The translations under genes were made by a program, and so were the position numbers. A stretch of DNA of 59,699 nt, taken from assembly GCA_900128395.1 (NCBI GenBank), contig LT649253.1:1-59699 (forward strand). The letters are read 5' to 3'. Under the pieces are notes generated by a model that searched no databases, had not been told where the DNA came from, and worked only from the letters and a program-made list of their open reading frames with translations. The DNA comes from Stramenopiles sp. TOSAG23-2. Its lineage: Eukaryota. Below, one piece after another: positions 44,954-57,482 of the stretch; positions within the stretch are counted from its first letter, which is position 1, and every line of letters begins with the position of its first letter.

Positions 44954-47900
44954 ATGTTGAAATATTTATATATCATACTATCTGGCAATCGTATATTTAG
45001 ATTATTTTTCATTTTTGGTACAATATTATTATTTACATTATGTTTGGTATATACATTATCGGTTGTACAAAATATTTTTTTCATGAAACGTGTGAAGACA
45101 AGTATTTATTCAAATGGTATAAACAATCCAGATGGTGGATTTGATAATGTCGAAAATACGAAACGGGCTATCCACTTTTATGATGGTCAAATTAATGCCA
45201 TTTTTACAAGAGGTGTTGATAAAAGATCGTTACGTCCATTAAATGGTAAAGTTGAAACACCAATAGTTTTACCAGATAAATTTATTAATATCGTTGGGAC
45301 GAAAAATAATCGAAAGAAAAATTTTGCTTTTGGCGGCGCGGATTTGCCAGAATTTTTGAACCACCGCACAGCTTGGCAAAAACAAATAGAAAAAGAAAAG
45401 CAGGGGGAATGTTTATTGCCAACATTTAATAAAGATGATTATTTTGCTTTACCAAATATGTCAAATATTGTTTTAAAAGGTTGTGATAATAATAATAATA
45501 ATAATAATATAAGGAAAGAATTATTTGGCTCGTTGGAAAATGGAAAACTTACTATTGATGGTACAAAATGTAAAAATGGTGGGAAATACAGTAAAATACC
45601 AAAAGGTGCAGAAGCTGATGGGTATCGGTCCTTATTATGGATAAAATTTCAAGAAACGAACGGCAATATTATTATTAAGACAAATGATGAATATGTTATT
45701 GTAAAATGTTTTACTAAATCGTCTGGAATGGTACAAGATATATTTGTACAAGCATCACTTCATCCAGAAAGAATTAAAAATATAGATGAAAAATCATTTG
45801 ATAGTGATAATATACCCCCTGTATTAGGAAGTTCCATTTTAAATCAAGCTCAAAATAACGATAAAATTGATACACCGCTTTTGAAACCAAATGTAGTTAT
45901 GGTAGTATTAGAATCAGTTGCTGATGCACATTTTGATCGTGGAATGCCATTAACGAAAAAATGGTTAAATTCATTGAAGAAAGAAAATAATAGAGATGGC
46001 AGTACTAGTAATAGGAATAACAATAATAATCATATTTCATTTCATTATGATCGTCATCATGCATTTCATCCACGATATATTGGCAATATTGCATCGTTAT
46101 TTAGTGGTATGTCTACGAAAGATTTACTAAAATCGTTACGTCAAGAAGTAAATGATGATGATATTAAAAAACCAGAATGGCTATGGGATATTTTTCGTAA
46201 AAATGGATATAGAGTTGCCATGAATGAAAATGGATGTGCAACGTCAAAACGGTCATTGTTGAAAGCAACTAGGATTGGTGGGGCACATGGTGTTCGAGAT
46301 GGCAATTGGAAAAAATCAATTGATAGTGTTGGTTTGCAAGGTATGGCATGCCATGCTTTACGAGATCAATTGCATTTGGAAAATTTAGCAAGTGGCCCGC
46401 TAGAATTATGTTTACATAAGCGCCCATATCATTCATATTTTTTAGATCATATGATTAAATACATGAGATTAAAGGACAAAGGAAACAAGAAAAAACCAAT
46501 ATTTTATACGTTGCAATTAAACGAAGGGCAAGATCCATCTATGAAACGTATACGATCATTAGATGAAGCATTGCGTGATTCATTAAAGCAACTTTTACAA
46601 GAGAATCCAAATACAGTTTTAGTATTGACATCAACACAAGGTATTGCAAAAGGAAAACATTTTGAAACTAGTGAAACTGGTTTATTTGAAAATCCATTCC
46701 CATTGCTTTATATGGTTTTGCCATATAATGAAATCTTACGACATGATAAACATTTATTTGAAGCGGTTGAAGCAAATTCAATGAAGTGGAAAATAACGAC
46801 CCATGCTGATGTATATCACACATTGCGTGATTTAATAACAACATATCCTAAACCATACCAGGCAAAACCATGGAATGTTAAGGGTAAAGATAAAACTATT
46901 ATAGCAAGACCAATTAGTCTATTGAGGACCAGGTATTTAGTACATCGTTCCGCGAGAAGAAATTGTGAAACTGCTGGTATACCAAATGAATATTGTGCAT
47001 GTATTCAATGGAAAGTTACGAAGAAACGAATGGAAGCGTTTGCTGAATATGCGCTATCACGAATTAATAAAGACATGTGGTTTCGAACAGCTAATAGTTT
47101 TTCAGGGTGCCAACCATTACGTTTAAGCACAATTATTAGTTCTTATGAAATGAAGGCTAACATTGTGCAACATCATGAACTTCAAATGTCAAGGTCTAGA
47201 AAACCTATTCGTAAGAGGTTTAGGTTTAAAATTACCACACGTGCTGGTGAAGGTTTCCGGCAAGAGCGATTTATATTCGAAGTACAGCATATACATTGGA
47301 AATTTTATATTATACACCATCCAAAATTTAATGAATTAGATATGATAGCAAATCAGTATCGTTTGATTAGCAAATTTAGATTAAGTCCGACTCACGGTTA
47401 TGGGAAGTGCCTTGGGCCAAAAGATGAGAAAAAAGATTTAGAATTTTGTGTATGCAATGCTGGTAAACAGGATGATGCATCATATTTATTTGGTGAGCAA
47501 TCGAATAGTAATAGTGCTGCGTTGGTAAATATGATCGATAAAGATGACGTTAAATTACTTCGTTGGACACATGGAATGGCGGAACAATTAGAAATCATTA
47601 ATAATAAGGATCTTGATATTGTGTTTCAAGTAGCAATTCGACGATCTACATCTCGTAATGTACTTGCATCGGGTATGTTACCGGCATGGGCATTGGTACC
47701 AGCACATTCACGACAACCGTTAGTTACATTGGAGCAAGCAGATAAATCAAAAGAGTGGCAATGGAATTTTGATTGGAGATGGGATGGATGGGCAAAAGGG
47801 AAAGCATCTCCACCGATAGCAAATTTAAATGACGGGGGTAGTTTTAGAAGCGGGGCGGTGACATATCAATATGCCAATGGAGTTGCATTAACTAAATATG

Positions 47901-48196
47901 TAGACGTGGATATGGCTGAAAATTGCCTGTATTATCAAGTTGGTAATTATAGACAATCAGCAATTGAAATTACAGTGCATGTTGATGTTCCAGCCGAATG
48001 GAGAAAATATTTAAAAAAGCTAACTGAAACCAAGAAACGAAAAAAAATAAAAAAAGGAAAAGAAATTTCTATTGTAAGGATTATTGCTAAGGCAGAATAT
48101 GATACAAAAACCGCAAGAGAGGCATTGAATAAAGTTGGTTTTAAAATTGAATGGAAAACATTGAAAGGTACAGGTGATAAAATTAAGAAAAGTTGA
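44954..48196 (+). CDS. DUF229 family (alkaline phosphatase/sulfatase superfamily) type II membrane protein with C-terminal extension, ~1080 aa
   Basis: N-terminal TM; EYVIVKC; PNVVMVVLESVADAHFDRGMPLTKKWL; WLWDIFRKNGY; ENPFPLLYMVLP; ITTHADVYHTLRDL; RNCETAGIPNEYCAC. Confidence 0.82.
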   Translation: MLKYLYIILSGNRIFRLFFIFGTILLFTLCLVYTLSVVQNIFFMKRVKTSIYSNGINNPDGGFDNVENTKRAIHFYDGQINAIFTRGVDKRSLRPLNGKVETPIVLPDKFINIVGTKNNRKKNFAFGGADLPEFLNHRTAWQKQIEKEKQGECLLPTFNKDDYFALPNMSNIVLKGCDNNNNNNNIRKELFGSLENGKLTIDGTKCKNGGKYSKIPKGAEADGYRSLLWIKFQETNGNIIIKTNDEYVIVKCFTKSSGMVQDIFVQASLHPERIKNIDEKSFDSDNIPPVLGSSILNQAQNNDKIDTPLLKPNVVMVVLESVADAHFDRGMPLTKKWLNSLKKENNRDGSTSNRNNNNNHISFHYDRHHAFHPRYIGNIASLFSGMSTKDLLKSLRQEVNDDDIKKPEWLWDIFRKNGYRVAMNENGCATSKRSLLKATRIGGAHGVRDGNWKKSIDSVGLQGMACHALRDQLHLENLASGPLELCLHKRPYHSYFLDHMIKYMRLKDKGNKKKPIFYTLQLNEGQDPSMKRIRSLDEALRDSLKQLLQENPNTVLVLTSTQGIAKGKHFETSETGLFENPFPLLYMVLPYNEILRHDKHLFEAVEANSMKWKITTHADVYHTLRDLITTYPKPYQAKPWNVKGKDKTIIARPISLLRTRYLVHRSARRNCETAGIPNEYCACIQWKVTKKRMEAFAEYALSRINKDMWFRTANSFSGCQPLRLSTIISSYEMKANIVQHHELQMSRSRKPIRKRFRFKITTRAGEGFRQERFIFEVQHIHWKFYIIHHPKFNELDMIANQYRLISKFRLSPTHGYGKCLGPKDEKKDLEFCVCNAGKQDDASYLFGEQSNSNSAALVNMIDKDDVKLLRWTHGMAEQLEIINNKDLDIVFQVAIRRSTSRNVLASGMLPAWALVPAHSRQPLVTLEQADKSKEWQWNFDWRWDGWAKGKASPPIANLNDGGSFRSGAVTYQYANGVALTKYVDVDMAENCLYYQVGNYRQSAIEITVHVDVPAEWRKYLKKLTETKKRKKIKKGKEISIVRIIAKAEYDTKTAREALNKVGFKIEWKTLKGTGDKIKKS

Positions 48197-48386
48197 AAAC
48201 TCGTAGGGACACGTGTTTTAAAGTAAAAACGTAAAAGGGTGCGCTTATATATATAATTTCTGAATGCATGCGTGTTCTTGTAAAATAACAAATTATATAT
48301 ATAATATATAAAATATCTTGCGCGTGTAATTTAAAAATTTTTTTAATCACATGTATTTTGTACACCTCTTTTTCTTTTTTTGTTTT

Positions 48387-49397
48387 CTAAATGCCTAATT
48401 GTGCACTTTCTTCAATAAATGCTGGCCTTGGACAACTAGCACATAAAAAGGTTTCTACTTGATCAACACATTGCAAATCCCATTCTTTCTCGCAACATTT
48501 ACTATCATGTTTACATACACATTCTTTAATATAATTTTCAGCACAGCCACTTGCTTTGTGTGGTGCACAACATGTGCCCTCTGGTCCTACCCAATTCATT
48601 GTCTTTGCAACTGGTAAAGGTTTCATGTCTTTTGGCGTAACAGGTGGCTTCATTTTCTCAAACTCATGTGTTTCTGGTATTGCTAATATTTTATCAAAAG
48701 ATGCTCTCATGTTTAAACAGAATTCATTCTCACGTTTCCAATCTTTAGAGTATCTAGTATTATTTGGGCGTTTGAAAAAGATATGTTCCGCTTGTGTGCA
48801 AATTCTTTCAATAGTATATGATGATACTTTGAAGTGGCTTCGTCTTTTAAATAACGAACGACACCATCCACCTATTTTATGATGTAAAACAGAACTACTA
48901 ACATTTTGTGCAGCTAATTTTTCTTCAACTTTTCTAAGAGCTGTTGCACAATTATCTGTTGGATTTTTGTGTACCAATGTACCTGTCATGCCAGTCATAC
49001 CAGTCAAACCAGTTGCACCAGTCAAACCAGTTGGCCCAGTACCGCCTGTGTTTCCACTAGCACTTGTAATGCCTAACATTTCCGTAGTTTCTGCTGCTAA
49101 CCTAGATGCTGAACCAGATGCACTTCCTGTGACACCTGTACCACCAGACATACCAGATATACCAGTACTACCAGCTATATCAATGAAACCAAAATCAGCT
49201 ACATCTTCATCAAAAGCACCACCAACACTTTCTTCTTCCAATAACACTGGAGTATCTGTATCTACAGGCACGGTGTCTTTTGCCCCGTTGTAAAACTTTG
49301 AGAACTTCGACAATAATGTGTTTAATCTAATAGGTGCAGCTTGTACATGGCCTATTGCCAAAAGAGCTACGATAAGTACGATGAAATAACTTTTCAT
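48387..49397 (-). CDS. Secreted protein with TG(x) repeats, helical Cys domain and C-terminal Cys-rich module, 336 aa
   Basis: Signal MKSYFIVLIVALLAIGHVQA; GGTGPTGLTGATGLTGMTGMTG; CCAPHKASGC...CVCKHDSKCCEKEWDLQC. Confidence 0.82.
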   Translation of the reverse strand: MKSYFIVLIVALLAIGHVQAAPIRLNTLLSKFSKFYNGAKDTVPVDTDTPVLLEEESVGGAFDEDVADFGFIDIAGSTGISGMSGGTGVTGSASGSASRLAAETTEMLGITSASGNTGGTGPTGLTGATGLTGMTGMTGTLVHKNPTDNCATALRKVEEKLAAQNVSSSVLHHKIGGWCRSLFKRRSHFKVSSYTIERICTQAEHIFFKRPNNTRYSKDWKRENEFCLNMRASFDKILAIPETHEFEKMKPPVTPKDMKPLPVAKTMNWVGPEGTCCAPHKASGCAENYIKECVCKHDSKCCEKEWDLQCVDQVETFLCASCPRPAFIEESAQLGI

Positions 49398-49809
49398 GAT
49401 GATTGATCTTTTTACTACTACTACTAATACAATTATCTATATATCAATATTTATTACAGTAATGATGATGATGATGATCCACACACAGAGAGAGAGAGAG
49501 AGAGAGAGATGTCTATGCAACGAACTCATGATGTACTAATTATAATATATATATTTTTAATAATTGTTGATAAAAATTTTTTAGTTTGCAATGGTATTCC
49601 CATGGTAGTTCAATCAATACTTCTATAATCCCAATCAATTCCAACTTCGTCGCTCCCCCACTTTTTTTTAATATTTATCATCGAAGTGTGTGTTTTTCTA
49701 GTTTGTACTTATTTGTATTCTAAGAGTTATTAAATGTTCCTAGATATAATGCTATTTATATGCTATAATAGAAAAAAGGGATTATTTTCGTAAAAAGAAT
49801 ATAAATGAA

Positions 49810-50015
49810 ATAAGGATGATTCAATAACATTTTCTCATTTTTTAAACATGTGTTACATATATTACATTGATATTTAGTCCTTATACATTTTTCTGTGTGT
49901 ACAGCACACAATTTTGCTGTCATAAATCCTTGCCCACATTTTTTGCATTTTGGATACATTTTACCATTTATATGTATATTGTGCACTTTCCTTTGATGGT
50001 AAAGTAACATATTTA
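49810..50015 (-). pseudogene. Fragment of a C2H2/C2HC zinc-finger array
   Basis: LLYHQRKVH (finger end), CKKCGQGFMTAKLCAVHTEKC, YQCNICNTCLKNEKMLLNH (truncated); flanks are non-coding-like. Confidence 0.5.
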
Positions 50016-50638
50016 TTAAGCTTGTTATTCCATACTTTGTATTGCTTTGCAATGTGCTATACCCTTTAACATGACTATTGCCTACAGCAGAAGAGGGCAC
50101 AAAACAGAATTCCATAGTCCTAACAATTAAGTTAATAAACAAATAAATTGTTTATAATAATAATAATAACTTTCCTCAACATATATAGATATATAGGTAT
50201 AACACTACATTGAAAATAAATATAATTTATTAGTAAATCGTGTTTATTAAATAATAATAATAACATTCTAATGATATTCATTTTATAAAGATGTGTCCAC
50301 AAAAATGACATAAAATATGTATTTCAATGCTCTGTACCTGCTACTGTAATATCTTCATTCATGATTCATGTTCCTATTAGGGTCTATCCACTGCCATCTG
50401 CCGTTAAAATTCTCATCACCGCCCCCCGCCGTTGAACTTTCAAAATATATATAGACTTTACAAGAGGTGAATATATTCCTGCAAACTGCTCTGCCTTGCA
50501 TATTCTATACAAATGATATAATATAGAAACATATATTTATATCACATTCAACAACAACATTAAACAATATTCAATTCGTATACACCCCCCCGTTTTTCTA
50601 TCTTTAAGCACCATCCACCTTTTATTAAAACAAAAAGT

Positions 50639-50789
50639 TTTATATAGTAATTTAAAAAATGAATAATAGAAACAAACGTGGACCAATGAGTATTGTTGTT
50701 ATTAATTATGAAAATCAAAATGTATATATAACTTTATATAGTAATTTAAAAAATGAATAATAGAAACAAACGTGGACCAATGAGTATTG
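50639..50789 (+). repeat. 57-bp direct repeat of the CCP start region separated by an alternative 5' UTR segment
   Basis: TTTATATAGTAATTTAAAAAATGAATAATAGAAACAAACGTGGACCAATGAGTATTG at 50639 and 50733. Confidence 0.85.
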
Positions 50790-51445
50790 CTCATAATAAT
50801 AATAATAATAAAAACGTCGAAGTAGTAACAAAGAAAAAAAATAAATCATTATCACAACAAGTTATGGAAGAAGAAATGAAACGACAATGTTTAGATTTAA
50901 AAAAACAAATATACAATCGATGGGAAGAAAATATATTAACAAAGAATTTCTTCTCTCCTAAACCACAAACGTCATCTCACCAACAACAGCAACAACGACA
51001 ACAACAACCAGATAATAATAATAATAATAATAGTGAAAAAGAAACATTTGCATCTGCATCAGATGTTACCTCAAAAGTTGTTGATGAGGCTGATTCTGAT
51101 GGTTCTGTTGAAGATTTAGGATTGGAACCAGATTCTGTTATGTCACAAAGTCAAGTATTTCCAGTGAATCGTAATAATAGTTCTGAAGATAATAATAATA
51201 ATGATAGGAATATTCAACCACGTGTTTTACCATCAAAAGCTATTTCAAAAAATGCTGTACCTCCACGCCATGCACCTGTTAAATTAGAAGAAAGTATTGA
51301 ACCAGTGCCACAAAATCCATCACTTGCGTTTAAATTATTGCCAGCATCACCAAAGAAAGATGATGATGATGAAGGGGAAGATAACAAGAAGGATGCTCTT
51401 GTTGATAATGGCAATGTTACGACAAATAATACTGATGATGCTAAC

Positions 51446-51477
<32 letters not shown>

Positions 51478-54031
51478 AGCAATAATATCAAAGGATGATG
51501 ATGCAGATGCTGGTGCAGGGAAAGAAAAAGCAACTCCACCAAAACGAAACAAAAATGTGAATAATTTAAAAATTGATCCACCAATTGCAGCACGTACAGT
51601 TTCACCACCTTTGCCATTGTATAATTTTAAATCACCAGTGCATAAACCGTTAAAAAGTAGCAATACAAATGCTAGTAACAATTTAAATTATTCATCATCT
51701 AGCACGAAGAACCATAATAATAATAATAATAACAGTCGAAATAATAGCAAATCTAAAGTTTGGGTACAGAAACCACCTAAAACTGGAATCAATGTTCCTT
51801 TAATTTTTCCACCTCCATTTCATGTACGTTATGTACCACCAAAAGGCGAGCCTTTATATATACGCCGTCCTCAATTAGTGCCAGATATGTTATTAAGCGA
51901 TGCGGAACGTTTAGCAAAACCTGAATTAGTGAAAAATAGAGTTGTTTATGATAGTATAGAACCAAATCCAATTAAAGGAAAAGTATCACCAACGATAAAA
52001 ATAGTAGAAACAAACCCATTGCCACCAAATACGCAAGGTCCACCACCACCAGTAAAATTAGACCCATATTACATTGTAAATGGTTCCAACGATACGACAT
52101 TAGTATTTGAATCAAGATTTGAAAGTGGCAATTTAAGACGTGCAATACAAGTATATGATAATGAATATGATTTGATCATAAAACCAGATATTAATACACG
52201 TGGACATACACAATGGTTTTATTTTTCTGTTGCAAATACACGTAAGAAAACGAAATATAAATTTAACATGATTAATTTATATAAAGCTGATAGTTTATAT
52301 AATCGTGGAATGCAACCATTGATTTATAGTATGCGTGATGCAAATAAACAAAATGTAGGATGGGTTCGTCGTGGAGAAGAAGTTTGTTATTATCAAAATC
52401 ATATCAAACGTAGAGGTGGATATTATTACACTGCTACTTTTACAGTGGAATTTCCACATGATCAAGATACTGTATATTTAGCATATTGTTTTCCATATAC
52501 ATATTCTGATTTACAAAGGTATTTATATGCATTGGAGAAAGATCCAAAACGTAGAAATCGATTTCGTCGCCGTCCATTATGTCAAACGCTTGCTGGAAAC
52601 AATTGTGATTTATTAACTATTACATCATTTGCATGTGATTCACAAGCATTAAAAGCACGGAAAGGTGTCGTTGTCACTGCACGTGTTCATCCCGGTGAAA
52701 GTAATTCATCATATATGATGAAAGGGGTTATTGATTATTTAACCGGCCCGTCATTAGATGCGAAAATATTAAGAGATAATTTTGTCTTTAAAATTGTTCC
52801 AATGTTAAATCCAGATGGTGTCATTGTTGGAAATTATCGTTGCTCATTAGCTGGCGTTGATTTGAACCGAAATTGGGATAACCCATCGAGGAAACTAAAC
52901 CCAACAATTTATTATACAAAAAATATGATTCGTCGATTTATGGAAGATCGTGAAGTAATTTTATTTACAGATTTCCATGGTCATTCTAGAAAAATGAATG
53001 TATTTATGTATGGATGTGAAAATAGGCGAAAGTTATCAATGCGTTTGCGTGAACGTATCTTTCCAAGAATCTTATGGAAAAATTCTTCTATATTCTCATA
53101 TGCAGATTGTTCATTTAATGTTGGGCGTGGAAAAGAATCCACAGGTCGTGTAGTTGGATGGAAAGAATTAGGATTGCAAAATTCATATACAATGGAAGCA
53201 TCTTTTTGTGGTGCTGATTTTGGACGTCGGGCGGAACGTCATTTTACTGTTGTACAATTAGAAGAGATGGGACATTATTTTTGTGATACAATTTTAGATT
53301 ATTGTGATCCTGATCAAACGAAGGTACAAAATACATTGCGGGAATTACAAGCATTAAATCCATCTGGGCACAGTAGCAATGGAAGTAGTAGCAGCAATAA
53401 TAATAATAATGCTGACATTGCAGATTCAGATGGTAGTGATGATGAAACAACAACAACAACAACAAAATCGAAAAAAAAAAGTAAAAAGAAAAATAGTGGA
53501 GTGGCACGACGGCCAAGTAGGGATGGGAAAAACAGTAGCAATAATAGTACTAAATCAGATAACAATGGTAAGAAAAAACGTATGCGACGTCGTGCATCTT
53601 TACCATCTGTATCTGATTCTTCAAAAAATAAATCGGATTCTTCCAAAAATAAATCTGATTCAAAAAAGAAAAATAGCAAATCAAATAAAGAAAAAGTTCG
53701 TAGTAAAAATAAAGAATTATCTGTTGAAGAAGCATTAGCACAAGCAGATGCTGTTTTATCATCTTTATCAGTTGCAGTACCACCTCCAACAAGGAATAAA
53801 AGTGCAAACAATGAACCATTCACGAAAAAGAAGAGCAAAATGGTAAAACGACCTTTATCTGCAAGTTTAATTGAAGATACATTATCAAAATTAGAAAATA
53901 GCCATCGTAAAAAAGGTTCAAATGGTAGTAGAACATCAAATAATATCAATGGCGGTGTGACGAAAAGTGGTGCTTTACGTAGTAGTTTAGCACAAGCTGG
54001 TCGAAATTCTTTAAGTGGGTGGGGAAAGTAA
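50753..54031 (+). CDS. Cytosolic carboxypeptidase (M14D, CCP/Nna1/AGBL tubulin deglutamylase family), 1092 aa
   Basis: FESRFESGNL, TQWFYF, FPYTYSDL, ARVHPGESNSS (HxxE), MLNPDGV, GNYRCSLAGVDLNRNW, DFHGHS, SYTMEAS; low-complexity N- and C-terminal tails. Confidence 0.93.
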
Positions 54032-54328
54032 AGAATTCTTTTTTTATATTAAAAAATATAATTAGTATTTTTGTATTTTATCGTAGTTATAAAAAATTTA
54101 CACTTCTCGTGCTAAGTAATATGCTCACAATACTCAATCGCAAGAATAATATGCTATCCTTACTACGAATAAGCTCTAATGCACCACCTCTGCAAACTAA
54201 AAAATATTTTAATAATCATTTTATATTTTAAAATATAATTTTTTACACCGTCGTCTTTAATTAAAAAAGAAAAATGCGCTGATATATGATAATATAATAC
54301 TCTTATAACACTTTACATTTTATTTTTT

Positions 54329-55267
54329 TTACGCATTTTCACCACCTTTACCAGCAACATATTTACTTTGTTGTTGTTGTTTGACGATATTATTTTTCTT
54401 TGTTGGCGTCTTTTCCTTTTTTTTCACTCTATGCATTGTATGTACTTTATTATCATTATCGTTTGATTTATTTAAAATAGCATTTTCTGTTAATGCAGTG
54501 ATTTCATCTTTTAAAACTGTAAGCATACCAGCTAAATATTGACATAATTTGTAAGGAAATGGTGATGCTATAGGAAATAATTTGCTATAATCACCTTTAT
54601 CCCATTCCTCTTCAATAATTGATTCCATTTCATCTACCCAATTTACAAGCTGAATAAAAAATAATTTTCTGACAGAAACGCTAGCTGATGCTCCTTTATA
54701 GTCCTTTAAAAATGTTGCTTTGTCTGGCAAAGGCAATGTATTGGTATGCATATTTAATAAATCTGCTAAAGGCCTATAATTTTTCCTTACTACTCTTCGT
54801 ATGAATTTACGATATTCAATTGCTAATTTTCCATTTGGATCAGCTACAATTTCTGTTTCTTTTTCCTTACCAACAAATGTCCATAATTGGATAGCATTAG
54901 GTGATGAAATATTTAAAACTAATTCTTTACATTTTTTTCCATCCTCACCAGCACCAAAAAACCATAGTTCAGATGCAGTTTCATCTGGACGTACTGGGCT
55001 AAACACTCCTGGATAAAGCACATGTTGTATAAAATTTACCCTTGCCCATAATCCCATATACGCAAGTGACTGGGCTGGACCAACAAGTTCAGTTAATATT
55101 TTCGTTTTATGGTCCAGTTCAATTTGTCTTAATTTTTCTTTCCGTTGCAAATTGGATTGTACATAATATCCAATAACAGCTATGACAGCAGACATGGCTA
55201 TTAAGACACCTTGGATAATTTGCGCATGTCCTTTATATGCTTCCGCGGCAGCATCAGTATCAACCAT
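54329..55267 (-). CDS. Hypothetical protein with N-terminal TM helix, ~312 aa
   Basis: ATG at 55267; IIQGVLIAMSAVIAVIGYYV followed by a short coil and a helical domain; no family recognised. Confidence 0.75.
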   Translation of the reverse strand: MVDTDAAAEAYKGHAQIIQGVLIAMSAVIAVIGYYVQSNLQRKEKLRQIELDHKTKILTELVGPAQSLAYMGLWARVNFIQHVLYPGVFSPVRPDETASELWFFGAGEDGKKCKELVLNISSPNAIQLWTFVGKEKETEIVADPNGKLAIEYRKFIRRVVRKNYRPLADLLNMHTNTLPLPDKATFLKDYKGASASVSVRKLFFIQLVNWVDEMESIIEEEWDKGDYSKLFPIASPFPYKLCQYLAGMLTVLKDEITALTENAILNKSNDNDNKVHTMHRVKKKEKTPTKKNNIVKQQQQSKYVAGKGGENA

Positions 55268-55955
55268 TGTACTATTCAAACTATTACTACTATTTCTTTG
55301 AATGGAGGGTGATCATCATTATATATTAAGAACGAGAAATATATAAATCCTTCATTGTCACTTTATAAAAAATAACGATGGTATAAGATATATATATATC
55401 AACAACTATCAACTGCTGATAAAAAAAATGTTGTAAAAATGTATGTGAAGTTTTTTACCTTAAATTAGCATACAAATAACATTGATCTATTTAGTATAGA
55501 AATAGGACTTCGTGTTATTTGTCAACTTTTCCTATCTATATATATGTACACTAGTAGGTATAATAAAATACCAAAAATGACCGTATTTGTTAAAAATGCG
55601 AAAAATATATAATGGATTTCCCACCTATCAAATGACAAATAATTTATATAGGTAAATGCGGAAATTAGAATACCAAATGAAAAACTTCTTTGCTGAAAAT
55701 TAAAAAAATAATGGCAACCAATAATATAATGTATTTACGTCGTTTTCGTTCTTTACCCATCATTTTTCATAAAAGATATTAAAATATATATATTTTAAAT
55801 TGGATAACAAACATGGAGGAAGGAAATCACTTTATAAAAGAATATATATCCATCTAAACATATTTTTTATTTCTTTCTCTCTCTATATATATATATTTAA
55901 CACCCGATACGTTCCTAAAAAATTGATATTTACATCTTTTTTTATCGTATATAGT

Positions 55956-57034
55956 ATGTATATAACAGATGAACAAATACAACAATATAAACAAAATGGA
56001 TATTTAATTGTATCCAATTTTTTAGGAAAAAAAGAAGTACAAAAAGCAAAAGAAGGATTCTATCAATGTTTTGCTGATCCATGGTATGAAGCGAATGAAC
56101 AAATGAAAAGTCCACGAAATGCAGTTGGTGGATTTGGTGGTAATAGTAAAGGAAAAGGAATATTAATCTTTCGTAAGTACACTTCTATTTTCCTAAACCT
56201 AATATAGTATTAGAAAAATGCTCTCTCTCTAACACATCACTCATTTATATATTTATATTACACTATTTACGCTCCACAGCATGGCCAAATAAAGATCTAA
56301 ATAACATATGTGTACATCCAGATTTAATAGATGCATGTCAACGTATTATAGGAACTGAGAATATTCGATTATGTGAAGGACATTGTGGCATGAAATATGC
56401 AGCTGAATATAAAGACGGAACGACACCAGGATCACCACCTGATATGTACCATCAAGATTTTGGGAACAATACATTAGGTCCACGTTTACGCCCTCAAAAT
56501 GATGATTTTCAACATGTCGCTTGCTTTTATTGTTTGGATGATGTATCATTAGGTCAAGCTCCAATTCAAATGTGGCCTAATCATTCAAAGGATAAAAAAG
56601 ATGTTGAAAAGATGATAGTTCCTGGAGGTAGTATATGTTTTTATAGTATATATACGTATCATGCATCTAGTGAATGGAATATAAAAACAAATCCATATGG
56701 ACATCGACCTGTTATGTTTGTTTCATATTGCAATGCAAACCCAAATCGTTTATGGGATGGTGGAAGATATTTTACAATTAAATCTAGTCAAATTTACAGT
56801 GGACATTATTATCATAAAGGTGGTGTACAAAAAGCATTTTCATATGCAATGGAAGAATTTAATCCATTGCAATTAAAATGCGCTTTCATGTTACCACTTC
56901 CAGGGGATGAATTATGGACGGATGATTTTTTAAATGCATGGTGTAAACGATGGACTAAATTTAATCGTAAACCATATGATGATGCAAGAAAAATAAAAAA
57001 TCATGATAATAATAATCAACAAGCGAAATTGTAG
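55956..57034 (+). CDS. Phytanoyl-CoA dioxygenase (PhyH)-family 2OG-Fe(II) oxygenase, 323 aa; exons 55956-56172 and 56280-57034
   Basis: MYITDEQIQQYKQNGYLIVSNFL start, HQD motif, distal His in YTYHAS; intron 56173-56279 GTAAGTA...CTCTAAC...CAG restores the frame (IFPWPNKDLN). Confidence 0.85.
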
Positions 57035-57482
57035 TTGTCATAATAAATATATTTTGATGATATAAATGGAAAGAGTGAAGAGTTCTAAATCAACCTGGAA
57101 CCATGTAAATCCTTTCCTTTTTGCGTCACAATTTCATGATGTGTAGGAACATATTGTAGAGAGTGGGTGTGTAAAAAAAACTACCTTGTGCCGAATATTT
57201 TTTTCCTTTTTTTTAAAATCACTTTTCTATTTCTATATATTTCATTTTTATTTCCACCATTGTCACCTGATTTGCAAAGTGACACGTGTTCAGTGCTTTT
57301 TTTCAAGGTTGCAGTAAAAATTACAAAAATATATAGATAGATGTAAAACTATAGATACACACAGAAAAAATATACAACAATACACACATAGATATATACG
57401 ACAGTAGTCATTAAAACAAAGTAACACATACACAATAAAACAAACATATTACGACGTGCATACAAAAAAATAAAAAAAAAAT

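Noticed and set aside
50050..50110. Possible H/ACA snoRNA hairpin (TGTGCT...GGCACA-AA-ACA)
   Set aside because: Weak upper stem and no clear H box or second hairpin; would need an Infernal/snoReport hit
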